This document shows positions 1 to 8,103 of a DNA stretch of 57,893 nt, piece by piece. This DNA is from Thermodesulfobacteriota bacterium (GTDB lineage Bacteria; Desulfobacterota; Deferrisomatia; Deferrisomatales; JACRMM01): assembly GCA_040756475.1 (NCBI GenBank), contig JBFLZB010000007.1:1-57893 (forward strand), in the 5' to 3' direction. Positions within the stretch are counted from its first letter, which is position 1, and the number at the start of each line of letters is the position of its first letter. The position numbers and the translations under genes were made by a program. The notes below the pieces were generated by a model, which ran no database searches, was not told the DNA's origin, and worked only from the letters and a program-made list of their open reading frames with translations.

Positions 1-41
1 GTTTTTTTCTAATTCTGCGGTATTCGCGCGCACTTACGTGA

Positions 42-104
42 CCGACAACCCTGACCCGCGTGGTTGTCGGGAGGTTGTCGGTAGACCCATCTTCACCGAC
101 AACC
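42..104. promoter_or_regulatory. Operator-like cluster of four 9-mers (CCGACAACC / GGTTGTCGG) upstream of the repressor gene
   Basis: Read directly: CCGACAACC at 42-50 and 96-104, GGTTGTCGG at 62-70 and 73-81. This gives one inverted pair with an 11-bp spacer and one everted pair with a 14-bp spacer, ending 16 nt before ATG-120. Confidence 0.5.
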
Positions 105-119
105 CTAGAAGGCTGGATC

Positions 120-806
120 ATGGGCGAAGTCCAAACGGCTGAAACCGTCGGCCAACGGTTGAGAAGGCTAAGAGGGGGGGAATCGCCAGAGAGTTTCGCT
201 AAGCGCTTTGGTGTCAGCAGGGGCACGCTTGACCGCTATGAGTTGGGCAAGCGGCTCCCTAGGTCTGATTTCCTGCGGAACGTGTGCGAGGCCTATGACC
301 TCAGCGAGACGTGGCTACTGCGGGGCGAAGGCCCGATGCGGCGCGGAGAGGGGGCAGGGGAGGCAAGCGGTGGGGGGGTGATCGAGAGCGGCGAGTTCGC
401 GGCGCTGCCCGTGTACGAACCGCGGGCCTCGGCCGGGCCGGGGGCCGAGGTGCCGGGCGAGCGTGTCGTGGATTGGCTCCACTTCAAGCGCTCTTGGCTC
501 AAAAACGAGCTAGGGGCTGCGGTGGACGACCTCTATCTACTATATGTAGAGGGCGACTCCATGGCGCCGACCCTTCAACCGGGCGACGTCATCCTGGTGA
601 AGAGGTGGCGCACGGGCCCGGCAAGAGAAGGTATCTACGTCTTCCGGGCCTATGGCGCCATCCACGTCAAGCGCGTCCAGTTCTTGGCAAACAACGCAAT
701 CAAGGCCCTGAGCGACAACCCCGCCAATGCGGCGATGGTCTACCCGCTCGACGACGATCAGGTAGAAGTCATCGGCCGCGTCGTCTGGGCCGGCAAGCGC
801 ATGTAA
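120..806 (+). CDS. Phage CI/LexA-like repressor (XRE HTH + S24 peptidase)
   Basis: Translation has an XRE-type HTH (VGQRLRRLRGGESPESFAKRFGVSRGTLDRYELGKR) and an S24 core with the Ser motif VEGDSMAPTLQPGD and the Lys motif IHVKRV. ATG-120 is preferred to the track's GTG-60 because the 9-mer cluster would otherwise be coding. Confidence 0.85.
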   Translation: MGEVQTAETVGQRLRRLRGGESPESFAKRFGVSRGTLDRYELGKRLPRSDFLRNVCEAYDLSETWLLRGEGPMRRGEGAGEASGGGVIESGEFAALPVYEPRASAGPGAEVPGERVVDWLHFKRSWLKNELGAAVDDLYLLYVEGDSMAPTLQPGDVILVKRWRTGPAREGIYVFRAYGAIHVKRVQFLANNAIKALSDNPANAAMVYPLDDDQVEVIGRVVWAGKRM

Positions 807-817
807 CGGAGGGGACC

Positions 818-1330
818 ATGGCCATCATCACCTGCCCGAGCTGCGGCAAGAAGATCAGCGACAACGCGCCGGCGTGTGGGGGGTGCGGGTTGGCGAAGGA
901 ATCGAGAGAGGCGGGCATCACCAGGGTGCTCGATGTTGTGGACGACGTGATCCCAGACAACAACCCAGCGATAGCGCGCCCCACCGAGAACCGCTTCGAC
1001 TGCCCCCTGTGCAAGGCACCCAAGACCGTCGTGGCGACCGAAGTGCCCAGGTTCCCTCAGATCGTGCGCGCCTCGGGTTTCTTTATCGCGCTACCGGCCA
1101 TGGCGGGCATCGTCGGCGGTTTCATTGTTGCGGTCTTGGGGTTGTTTGCGAGCGCAAGCCCGGCGGCGCCTGGTCCGTGGGGTCCCGCTGGTTCGCGGTC
1201 GACCACTGTGTTCGCCGGCCTTGCCATCTCCATCTCATCCCTGATTGGCGGCACCGTGGGTTGGCTTCTGATCATGAACCGCAAGGTGCTCCGCTGTAGC
1301 CGGTGCGGGCACTGCCTCGATCGCGCCTGA
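818..1330 (+). CDS. Hypothetical zinc-ribbon membrane protein (CxxC pairs flanking two predicted TM helices)
   Basis: ATG at 818 follows a GGAGGGG RBS, 11 nt after the repressor stop. Translation MAIITCPSCGKK...CGGCG, then CPLC, two hydrophobic segments (FFIALPAMAGIVGGFIVAVLGLF; VFAGLAISISSLIGGTVGWLLI), then CSRCGHC. The rest of track ORF 311-1330 upstream of 818 is an Arg-rich out-of-frame overlap. Confidence 0.6.
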   Translation: MAIITCPSCGKKISDNAPACGGCGLAKESREAGITRVLDVVDDVIPDNNPAIARPTENRFDCPLCKAPKTVVATEVPRFPQIVRASGFFIALPAMAGIVGGFIVAVLGLFASASPAAPGPWGPAGSRSTTVFAGLAISISSLIGGTVGWLLIMNRKVLRCSRCGHCLDRA

Positions 1331-1829
1331 CATCCCGCGTTGATGCAAGGGGGATCGTGTCGCAGCAGTTCTGTCCACCGGCCAGTTATCCACAACCTGT
1401 CGCAGACACCAAGTCCGCGCGACCGCGACCCCCCGAATCCCCCTCAAACCCTTCTCCTACAACAACTTTCCCACCCCTTCCCGTCCAATCCCACCCCCTC
1501 CCGTCCTGTCGCAAGTCATTTGTCCCCTTACAGCCCCCGAGGGGGGACCTCAGCATGCTTGGAGGCGAGTGCCGACCGGGTAGCCGGACAAGGTGCGCTA
1601 AAGCGACCACTTCCCCCGAACTCAAGACGATACGGAGGTTCCAACGGAAGCGGCGCCTGCCCCCCAGATGGGAGAAGCCCTCCCCCAGGAAACGAGAGCA
1701 GGCCGCTGAGTGAAACGGGGGGTCGGAGCGTAGGACGGCTCACGTCTGTTCTGTCGGGCGCCCGCATGGAAGCGAAACGAGTGTTCCACAGTGGAAGCCG
1801 GCGGGCCCTCGAGTTTCTGGAGACCCTTT

Positions 1830-2018
1830 ATGGATAACTGGGAATGCACCAAGTGCGGCTGGAGATCAGAGTCTGAGCGATGCCCAACCTGCAATTACAC
1901 TGACTGCCGAATTTGTCACATGCGTTCACTGTATGGCCAAAAGCCAAAGCAATGCCCATCCTGCCAGCAAGAGGGCGAGTTCATAGACCTGGACATCCAA
2001 CCTCCACGGGGGGGCTGA
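1830..2018 (+). CDS. Hypothetical small 8-Cys (double zinc-ribbon-like) protein in a low-GC patch
   Basis: ATG-1830 follows GGAG. Translation MDNWECTKCGW..CPTC..CRIC..CPSC has four CxxC pairs. The DNA here is visibly AT-richer than the surrounding sequence. Confidence 0.4.
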   Translation: MDNWECTKCGWRSESERCPTCNYTDCRICHMRSLYGQKPKQCPSCQQEGEFIDLDIQPPRGG

Positions 2019-2190
2019 GGCTCAACGGCGTCGTTCGCGAGCGGCGGGGCGTCTCTGCGGACACGGCCAAGCGGTTGGCGCGGCACTTCGGCGGCCACGC
2101 GCGCTCGTGGGTGGATTTGCAGGCGGCCTTCGACCTGGGTGTGGCAGGGATTCAATATGCCGAGCGAATCCCCCGCGAGATCAGGCCCAG
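2015..2190 (+). pseudogene. higA-type antitoxin remnant (C-terminal half of the HTH only)
   Basis: Translation LNGVVRERRGVSADTAKRLARHFGGHARSWVDLQAAFDL matches the second half of HigA/XRE antidote proteins. The N-terminal half and higB are absent, and there is no plausible start. Confidence 0.55.
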
Positions 2191-2500
2191 GGCCGCCTCA
2201 GCCCCGGGGCCCGCCAAACCTGCTCCGGGAAGTCGGACGGGGCGTTGTCATTCTCTCCACCCGGCGCCCGCTGGCCTCGTCTTGCAGTAGACTCGTGTGG
2301 GCACCAACCACCGCAACCACGGGCACCACCGAACCCGGCGGGCCGCGTGGCCCTTTCTTCTGCCGCTGGCCCTCGGCCGGCTTCGGCTGCTCTCGCCCCT
2401 CCCAAGCTCCGCGACACTCGCCCTTCCTGCCCGGCGCGAGCGCAGGGGCTCCCGGACCCCGCTCCCCGCCCATGTCGTGGATCCGGGACGGCCCCCTTTC

Positions 2501-2529
2501 TTGACGCCCCCCCGGGCCGTCCGTACAAT
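2501..2529 (+). promoter_or_regulatory. Sigma70-like promoter for nadA (TTGACG-N17-TACAAT)
   Basis: TTGACG at 2501-2506 and TACAAT at 2524-2529, 36 nt upstream of the nadA ATG. Confidence 0.4.
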
Positions 2530-2564
2530 CCGGCCCTTCCCGAGACCCAGCGAGGGCTTTTCCC

Positions 2565-3482
2565 ATGAGCGAAGAGGCGGTGCGGCGCGAGGTGCGGGCG
2601 CTCGTGCGGAAGCGCAGGGCGGTGCTCCTGGCCCACAACTACCAGCGCGCCGAGGTGCAGGACGCGGCGGACTTCACGGGGGACAGCCTGGCGCTCTCCC
2701 AGGAGGCGGCGCGCACCGACGCCGAGGTGATCGTCTTTTGCGGGGTCCACTTCATGGCGGAGAGCGCGGCCATCCTCTCGCCCCAGAAGACCGTGCTCCT
2801 GCCGCGCCTGGACGCGGGCTGCCCCATGGCCGACATGATCACGGCCGCCGACGTGCGACGGGTGCGGGAGGAGAACCCCGGGGTGCCCGTCGTCACCTAC
2901 GTGAACTCCTCCGCCGAGGTGAAGGCGGAGAGCGACGTGTGCTGCACCTCGGCCAACGCGGTAAAGGTGACCCGGAGCCTGAAGGTCCCCGTCGTGTACC
3001 TGGCGCCGGACCGAAACCTGGCCCAGTGGGTGGCCCGCCACACGGACCAGGAGGTGCGCTTCTGGGACGGCTTTTGCCCCACCCACCACCGGCTGCGGGC
3101 CGAGCACGTGCGCAAGGCCCGGCGGCGGCACCCGGGAGCCCCCTTCGTGGCCCACCCCGAGTGCCGCCCCGAGGTGCTCGACCTGGCCGACGCCGTGCGC
3201 AGCACCTCGGGGATGATCGACTACTGCAAGTCGGTGGAAGCCGACACGGTGATCGTGGGCACGGAGACCGGCCTCTTCCACCGACTGCGGAAGGACAGCC
3301 CGGGGAAGACCTTCGTGGCGCCGTCGGAGGACCTGGTCTGCCCCAACATGAAGCTCACCACCCTGGAGGACGTGCGCGACGCCCTGAAGACCCTCGAACC
3401 CGTGGTCTCGGTTCCCGAGGCGATCCGAACCCGCGCGGCCGCCGCCCTGGACAAGATGCTCCGGGCGGGACGCGACGAGTAG
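2565..3482 (+). CDS. nadA: Quinolinate synthase
   Basis: 305-aa [51 protein letters not shown] is typical NadA. Confidence 0.93.
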   Translation: MSEEAVRREVRALVRKRRAVLLAHNYQRAEVQDAADFTGDSLALSQEAARTDAEVIVFCGVHFMAESAAILSPQKTVLLPRLDAGCPMADMITAADVRRVREENPGVPVVTYVNSSAEVKAESDVCCTSANAVKVTRSLKVPVVYLAPDRNLAQWVARHTDQEVRFWDGFCPTHHRLRAEHVRKARRRHPGAPFVAHPECRPEVLDLADAVRSTSGMIDYCKSVEADTVIVGTETGLFHRLRKDSPGKTFVAPSEDLVCPNMKLTTLEDVRDALKTLEPVVSVPEAIRTRAAAALDKMLRAGRDE

Positions 3483-3498
3483 AGGCCTCGAACCTCCC

Positions 3499-6400
3499 GT
3501 GTCCGCCCTCCCCTCCTCCGCCCCGTCAGCCCCATCGGTCCCGTCGGCCCCACTGGGCGAGCGCCCCGCCGGCCGCTTCGAGCACCTCCTGGACGCGCTC
3601 GGGCGCGACCGCCGGGTGCGGGCCCAGGGGCTGCGGGGGTCGAGCCGGGCGTACCTGCTCGCGCGCCTCCTGCGGGAGCGGGGCGCGCCGGCCCTGGTCC
3701 TCACGGCCACCCTGACCGAAGCGCGCCGCTTCGCCAACGAGCTTCGGTTCTTTCTCGGGGCCGGCCCCCCGGCTTCCCCGGCGGACGCCCGGGTGGTGCT
3801 CTTCCCGGGGTGGGAGGCATCCCCCTTCGAGGGCATCCCGCCCCTGCCGGAGGTCTCCGCCCGGCGAATCGCCGCGCTGGCTCGGGCGCGTCACCCGGGG
3901 CCGTTCGCCCTGGTCGCCCCCGTGGGGGCGGCCCTCCAGCGCACCCTGCCCCCGGAGGTCCTCGAAGGCGCGCAGGCAAGGGTGGCGGTGGCCGACGCCC
4001 TGGACCGGGAGGTCCTGGCCCGCCGGCTCGTGGAGAGCGGCTACCACGCCGTGGGACAGGTGGCGGAGCCCGGGGAGGTCAGCCTGCGGGGGGGAATCGT
4101 GGACGTCTTCGCCCCCTTCTACCCCCAGCCGCTGCGGATCGAGCTCTTCGGCGACGAGGTGGCGTCGATCCGAACCTTCGACCCGGTCACCCAACGCTCC
4201 ACCCTGCGCCTGGAGGCCGCCGTGCTCCTCCCGGCCCGGGAGGTGGTCGCCGGGCCCGAGGCCGTGGAGCGGGCGGCGGCCCGGCTGCGGGCCCGCTGCC
4301 GGGAGCTGGGGCTCCCGCGGGCCAAGACCGCCGAGGCCCTGGAGAGCCTGCGCTCCTCCGCGGTCTCGCCCCTGCGGGACCTCTTCTACCCCTACTTCTG
4401 CGAGGCGGCCGTCCCCCTGTGGGCCCACCTCCCGGCGGGGACCCTGGCGGTCTTCGACGAGGCCGGGCCGGTGGAGGAGCGCGCCCGGGAGCTCTTTGAG
4501 GAGGCGCGGCTCTCCCACGCCCGGGCCGTGGAGCGCGAGCAGGTGGTGCCGGCGGTGGCCGACGTGTACCTGGGGGCCGGGGAGTGGGAGGCCTTTGCGG
4601 GTTCCACGGCCCGGCTCGACCTGGAGGAGCTCGAGACCGCCGGGGGGCCCGGCCTCGCCATCGCCTTCTCGACCCAGTCCAACCAGGACCTCTCGGCGGC
4701 CCTTCGCCAGAATCGGGGGAGCGAGCGCCTCCTCACCCCCCTGGTGGAGGAGATCGGCCGGGCCCGGGAGAAGGGCGTGGCCCTGTGGCTCGTGTGCCAG
4801 AGCCCTGGGACCGTGCAGAAACTGCGCGACCTCCTCGCCTCCTACGGGGTGCGCCTGGGGGAGAGCGAGGCCTTCCCCGAAGACCCCGCCCCCGACGGCA
4901 AGCTCCACGCGGCCGTGGGGGCCCTGGCCCGGGGGTTTCGGTTCCCGGCCAAGCGCCTCGCGGTGGTCTCCGACGCCGAGATCCTGGGGGAGAAGGTGCG
5001 CCGCCCCGCCCCCGCGACGCGCCAGGGGTTTCGGTCGACCCTGGCGGACCTGGAGACGGGCGACGCCATCGTCCACCAGGACTCCGGCGTGGGCCTGTAT
5101 CGGGGCCTCGTGCGCCTGGACGTGGCGGGGGAAGAGGGCGACTACCTCCACCTGGAGTACGAGGGGGGCGACCGGCTCTACCTGCCGGTCACCCGGATCG
5201 GCCTCGTGCAGAAGTACTCCGGCCCCGGCGAGGGCCTGCCGCGGCTGGACAAGCTCGGAGGCAAGGCCTGGGAGAAGGCCCGCCGCAAGGCCCTCGAGGG
5301 CATCGAGAAGATGGCCCACGACCTCCTGGAGCTCTATGCCCGGCGCCAGCTCGCCACCCGCCCCGCCTACGACCCCCTGGACCTCGCCTACCGGGAGTTC
5401 GAGTCCACCTTCCCCTACGAGGAGACCCCCGACCAGCTCCGGGCCATCGACGACGTGCTCCGGGACCTGGAGGGGCCCCATCCCATGGACCGCCTCATCT
5501 GCGGCGACGTGGGGTACGGGAAGACCGAGGTGGCCATCCGGGCCGCCTTCCGGGCCGTGACCGGGGGCCGGCAGGTGGCGGTGCTCGTGCCCACCACGGT
5601 GCTCGCCGCCCAACACTTCCAGAGCTTCCGGCGGCGGTTCGAGGGGTACCCCCTCACCGTGGAGATGCTCTCGCGCTTCGTCTCCCCGGCCGAGCAGAAG
5701 GAGATCCTCGGGCGGATCGCCCGGGGCGGGGTGGACGTGGTGGTGGGCACCCACCGGCTCCTCCAGCGCGACTTGAAGTTCAAGGACCTGGGCCTGGTGG
5801 TGGTGGACGAGGAGCACCGGTTCGGGGTGTCCCACAAGGAGCGCTTGAAGCAGCTCCGGGCCCGGGTGGACGTGCTCACCCTCTCGGCCACCCCCATCCC
5901 CCGCACCCTCAACATGGGGCTCTCCGGGGTGCGGGACCTCTCCATCATCGAGACCCCCCCGGCGGACCGCCTCGCGGTGCGCACGAGCTTGGCCCGGTTC
6001 GACGACGACGTGATCCGCGAGGCCCTGCAGCGCGAGCTCCACCGGGGGGGGCAGGTCTACTTCGTGCACAACCGGGTGCAGTCCATCGCGGGCATGGCCG
6101 ACCACGTGCGCCGGCTCGTGCCGGGGGCCCGGGTGGGGGTCGGGCACGGACAGATGCGCGAGCGCGACCTCGAGAAGGTGATGGAGCAGTTCGTGGCCGG
6201 AGAGCTCGACGTGCTCGTCTGCACGGCCATCATCGAGTCGGGCCTCGACATCCCCCGGGCAAACACCATCGTCATCAACCGGGCGGACCTCTTCGGCCTG
6301 GCCGACCTCTACCAGCTCCGGGGACGGGTGGGCCGCTCCAACCTGCGCGCCTACGCCTACCTCCTCGCCCCCGAGGAGGCCGAGCTCACGGGCGACGCCC

Positions 6401-7038
6401 GCAAGCGCCTCCAGGCCCTCCAGGAGTTCACCGAGCTCGGCGCCGGGTTCAAGATCGCCACCCACGACCTGGAGATCCGGGGCGCCGGGGAGCTCCTGGG
6501 CAAGGCCCAGTCGGGCCAGATGGCCGCCATCGGGTTCGACCTCTACGCCGAGCTCCTGGAGGAGGCCGTGCGACGGCTCAAGGGCGAGCCGGTGGAGAAG
6601 GCCCCCGAGCCCGAGATCCGCCTCAAGGTCCCCGCCCACTTCCCCCTGGAGTACGTGGAGGACCCCCGCCAGCGCCTCGTGCTCTACGAGCGCCTCACGC
6701 GGGCCGCGGGCCCCGACGAGCTCGACGACATCCGCTACGAGCTCATCGACCGGTACGGCCCGGTGCCCCTCCCGGTGGAGAACCTCCTCGAAGTCATGAA
6801 GATCCGCCGGCGCCTCGTGGACCTGCGGGCCGTGAGCTGCGACTACACGGGCAAGGACCTGGTGCTCGCCTTCGGCGAGTCCCCCCGGGTGGACCCGGAC
6901 CGGGTGCTCGCCCTGGTCCAGGGCGAGCCGGAGCGCTTCCGGGTCACCCCCGACAACCGGATCCTGTGGAAGACCGGCCCCCTCGAAGCCACCCAGGTCC
7001 TCGCCGCCGCCCGGGAGCTGTTGAACCGCCTCTCCTGA
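3499..7038 (+). CDS. mfd: Transcription-repair coupling factor
   Basis: 1179-aa ORF with GTG start. CarD-like segment (IVHQDSGVGLYRGL), the helicase motifs GDVGYGKTEVA and DEEHRFGV, and a TRCF C-terminal domain. Confidence 0.95.
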   Translation: MSALPSSAPSAPSVPSAPLGERPAGRFEHLLDALGRDRRVRAQGLRGSSRAYLLARLLRERGAPALVLTATLTEARRFANELRFFLGAGPPASPADARVVLFPGWEASPFEGIPPLPEVSARRIAALARARHPGPFALVAPVGAALQRTLPPEVLEGAQARVAVADALDREVLARRLVESGYHAVGQVAEPGEVSLRGGIVDVFAPFYPQPLRIELFGDEVASIRTFDPVTQRSTLRLEAAVLLPAREVVAGPEAVERAAARLRARCRELGLPRAKTAEALESLRSSAVSPLRDLFYPYFCEAAVPLWAHLPAGTLAVFDEAGPVEERARELFEEARLSHARAVEREQVVPAVADVYLGAGEWEAFAGSTARLDLEELETAGGPGLAIAFSTQSNQDLSAALRQNRGSERLLTPLVEEIGRAREKGVALWLVCQSPGTVQKLRDLLASYGVRLGESEAFPEDPAPDGKLHAAVGALARGFRFPAKRLAVVSDAEILGEKVRRPAPATRQGFRSTLADLETGDAIVHQDSGVGLYRGLVRLDVAGEEGDYLHLEYEGGDRLYLPVTRIGLVQKYSGPGEGLPRLDKLGGKAWEKARRKALEGIEKMAHDLLELYARRQLATRPAYDPLDLAYREFESTFPYEETPDQLRAIDDVLRDLEGPHPMDRLICGDVGYGKTEVAIRAAFRAVTGGRQVAVLVPTTVLAAQHFQSFRRRFEGYPLTVEMLSRFVSPAEQKEILGRIARGGVDVVVGTHRLLQRDLKFKDLGLVVVDEEHRFGVSHKERLKQLRARVDVLTLSATPIPRTLNMGLSGVRDLSIIETPPADRLAVRTSLARFDDDVIREALQRELHRGGQVYFVHNRVQSIAGMADHVRRLVPGARVGVGHGQMRERDLEKVMEQFVAGELDVLVCTAIIESGLDIPRANTIVINRADLFGLADLYQLRGRVGRSNLRAYAYLLAPEEAELTGDARKRLQALQEFTELGAGFKIATHDLEIRGAGELLGKAQSGQMAAIGFDLYAELLEEAVRRLKGEPVEKAPEPEIRLKVPAHFPLEYVEDPRQRLVLYERLTRAAGPDELDDIRYELIDRYGPVPLPVENLLEVMKIRRRLVDLRAVSCDYTGKDLVLAFGESPRVDPDRVLALVQGEPERFRVTPDNRILWKTGPLEATQVLAAARELLNRLS
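3522..3557. repeat. Nonamer tandem array (4 units, CCCRTCGGY) inside the mfd 5' end
   Basis: cccgtcagc cccatcggt cccgtcggc cccactggg, encoding SAPSAPSVPSAPLG. It is the reverse complement of the GATCGGNCS-type unit seen elsewhere in the window. Confidence 0.6.
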
Positions 7039-7123
7039 TGTGCTAGCGTTTCGGAGCGGTATCTTCCTCGCGCCCGCCCGAGCTCATCCCGTCCTTCCCG
7101 GCGCCGGACCCCTTCGAGGTTCC

Positions 7124-8041
7124 ATGAAGCCCTGCCTCCTCCTGTCCTCCGCAGTCGCCCTGACCCTGGCGTGCGCCGCAGCGCTGGCCCCCGCGGCCCG
7201 AAGCGCGCCCGTAGACGGCCTCGCCGCCGTGGTCGACGGCCGGGTCATTACGCGCAGCGAACTCCAGCAGGCCCTCGTCCTGGCCGAGCGCACCGGCCTC
7301 GCCTCCGGGCCCGGAGCCCGGGACCAGGTGCTGGAGGGCCTCATCGAGAAGGCCCTCGTGGAGTCGGAAGCCCGGCGCATGGGGGTCGCGGTGGCCGCAG
7401 AGGAGGTCGAGCGGGCCGTGGCCGACATCCGCAAGCGAAACGGCCTCGACGAGGCGGGATTCCGGGGGGTCATCGAAGGCCAGGGGATGGACTACGGCGA
7501 GTACCTGGGGGAGGTGCGCTCCCAGATCCTGCGCCTCAAGGTGGCGGGACGGGCGCTTCGCGCCCGCCTCCAGGTGAGCGACGAGGCCCTGCGGGAGCAC
7601 TACCTGAAGAACGTGGCGGAGTTCTGCGACCCGGACGCGGTGCGGCTCTTTCACGTCCAGGCCCGGGGAGACGACGCGCGCAGCGCCGCGGAGGCCGCAA
7701 GGGCTCGGCTCCTGGCCGGGGAGGATCCGGCCTCCGTGGCCCGGGACGTCTCCCCCTCGGCCACGGGCGCCGACATGGGCTACGTGCCGCTCGCGAACCT
7801 CTCGGAGGAGGTCCGGGACGCCCTGCGCGAGGCGGACCCCAGCGGGGTGACCCCGGTGGTGGAGATGCGGGGAGCCTGCCACGTGTTCGTGGTGGCCGAC
7901 CGCCAGGGCGGGCGCATCCCCGACTTCGAGGAGGTGCGCGATCGGGTGCGGGAGCGCTATTTCCTGGACCGGGAGGAAGAGCTCTTCCAAACCTGGATCG
8001 AGTCCCTCAAGGCCCAGGCCCGGATCGTGAGGAAGATGTGA
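7124..8041 (+). CDS. SurA-like periplasmic peptidyl-prolyl isomerase/chaperone
   Basis: ATG-7124 gives the signal peptide MKPCLLLSSAVALTLACAAALAPAA. SurA N-terminal-like region followed by a PpiC-type rotamase-like region. Sits immediately upstream of pdxA, the classic surA-pdxA order. Confidence 0.8.
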   Translation: MKPCLLLSSAVALTLACAAALAPAARSAPVDGLAAVVDGRVITRSELQQALVLAERTGLASGPGARDQVLEGLIEKALVESEARRMGVAVAAEEVERAVADIRKRNGLDEAGFRGVIEGQGMDYGEYLGEVRSQILRLKVAGRALRARLQVSDEALREHYLKNVAEFCDPDAVRLFHVQARGDDARSAAEAARARLLAGEDPASVARDVSPSATGADMGYVPLANLSEEVRDALREADPSGVTPVVEMRGACHVFVVADRQGGRIPDFEEVRDRVRERYFLDREEELFQTWIESLKAQARIVRKM

Positions 8042-8103
8042 CCCGTTGCGTGTTGCGCGTTGGGCTCAAGGCCCAGGCCCGCATCGTGAGGAAGATGTGA
8101 CCC
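8006..8103. repeat. 39-bp direct duplication (38/39 identical) of the surA-end/pdxA-start junction, separated by 20 bp of CGTTGCG-type heptamers
   Basis: CTCAAGGCCCAGGCCCG[G/C]ATCGTGAGGAAGATGTGACCC at 8006-8044 and 8065-8103. The spacer at 8045-8064 is gttgcgtgttgcgcgttggg. Confidence 0.9.

Noticed and set aside
60-119. GTG-60 start that extends the repressor by 20 codons.
   Set aside because: It would put three of the four 9-mer operator copies inside the CDS. ATG-120 gives a normal XRE HTH N-terminus.
311-817. The N-terminal 169 codons of track ORF 311-1330.
   Set aside because: The sequence is an Arg-rich out-of-frame overlap with the repressor gene. A good RBS plus ATG at 818 starts the zinc-ribbon protein.
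1913-2290. An intact 125-aa gene.
   Set aside because: Only residues from about 37 to 92 resemble HigA. The upstream part overlaps the 8-Cys ORF in another frame and the tail is low-complexity. It is treated as a remnant.
3526-6639. Very long antisense or alternative-frame ORFs. Examples: 3526-6639(-) opposite mfd, 2181-3836(-), 21594-24662(-) opposite tamB, 52462-55188(-) in another frame of the kinase, and 4584-7046(+).
   Set aside because: Their translations are Arg/Pro/Gly/Ala-rich low-complexity strings with no domains. They overlap genes with clear homology. Such stop-free frames are expected at this GC content.
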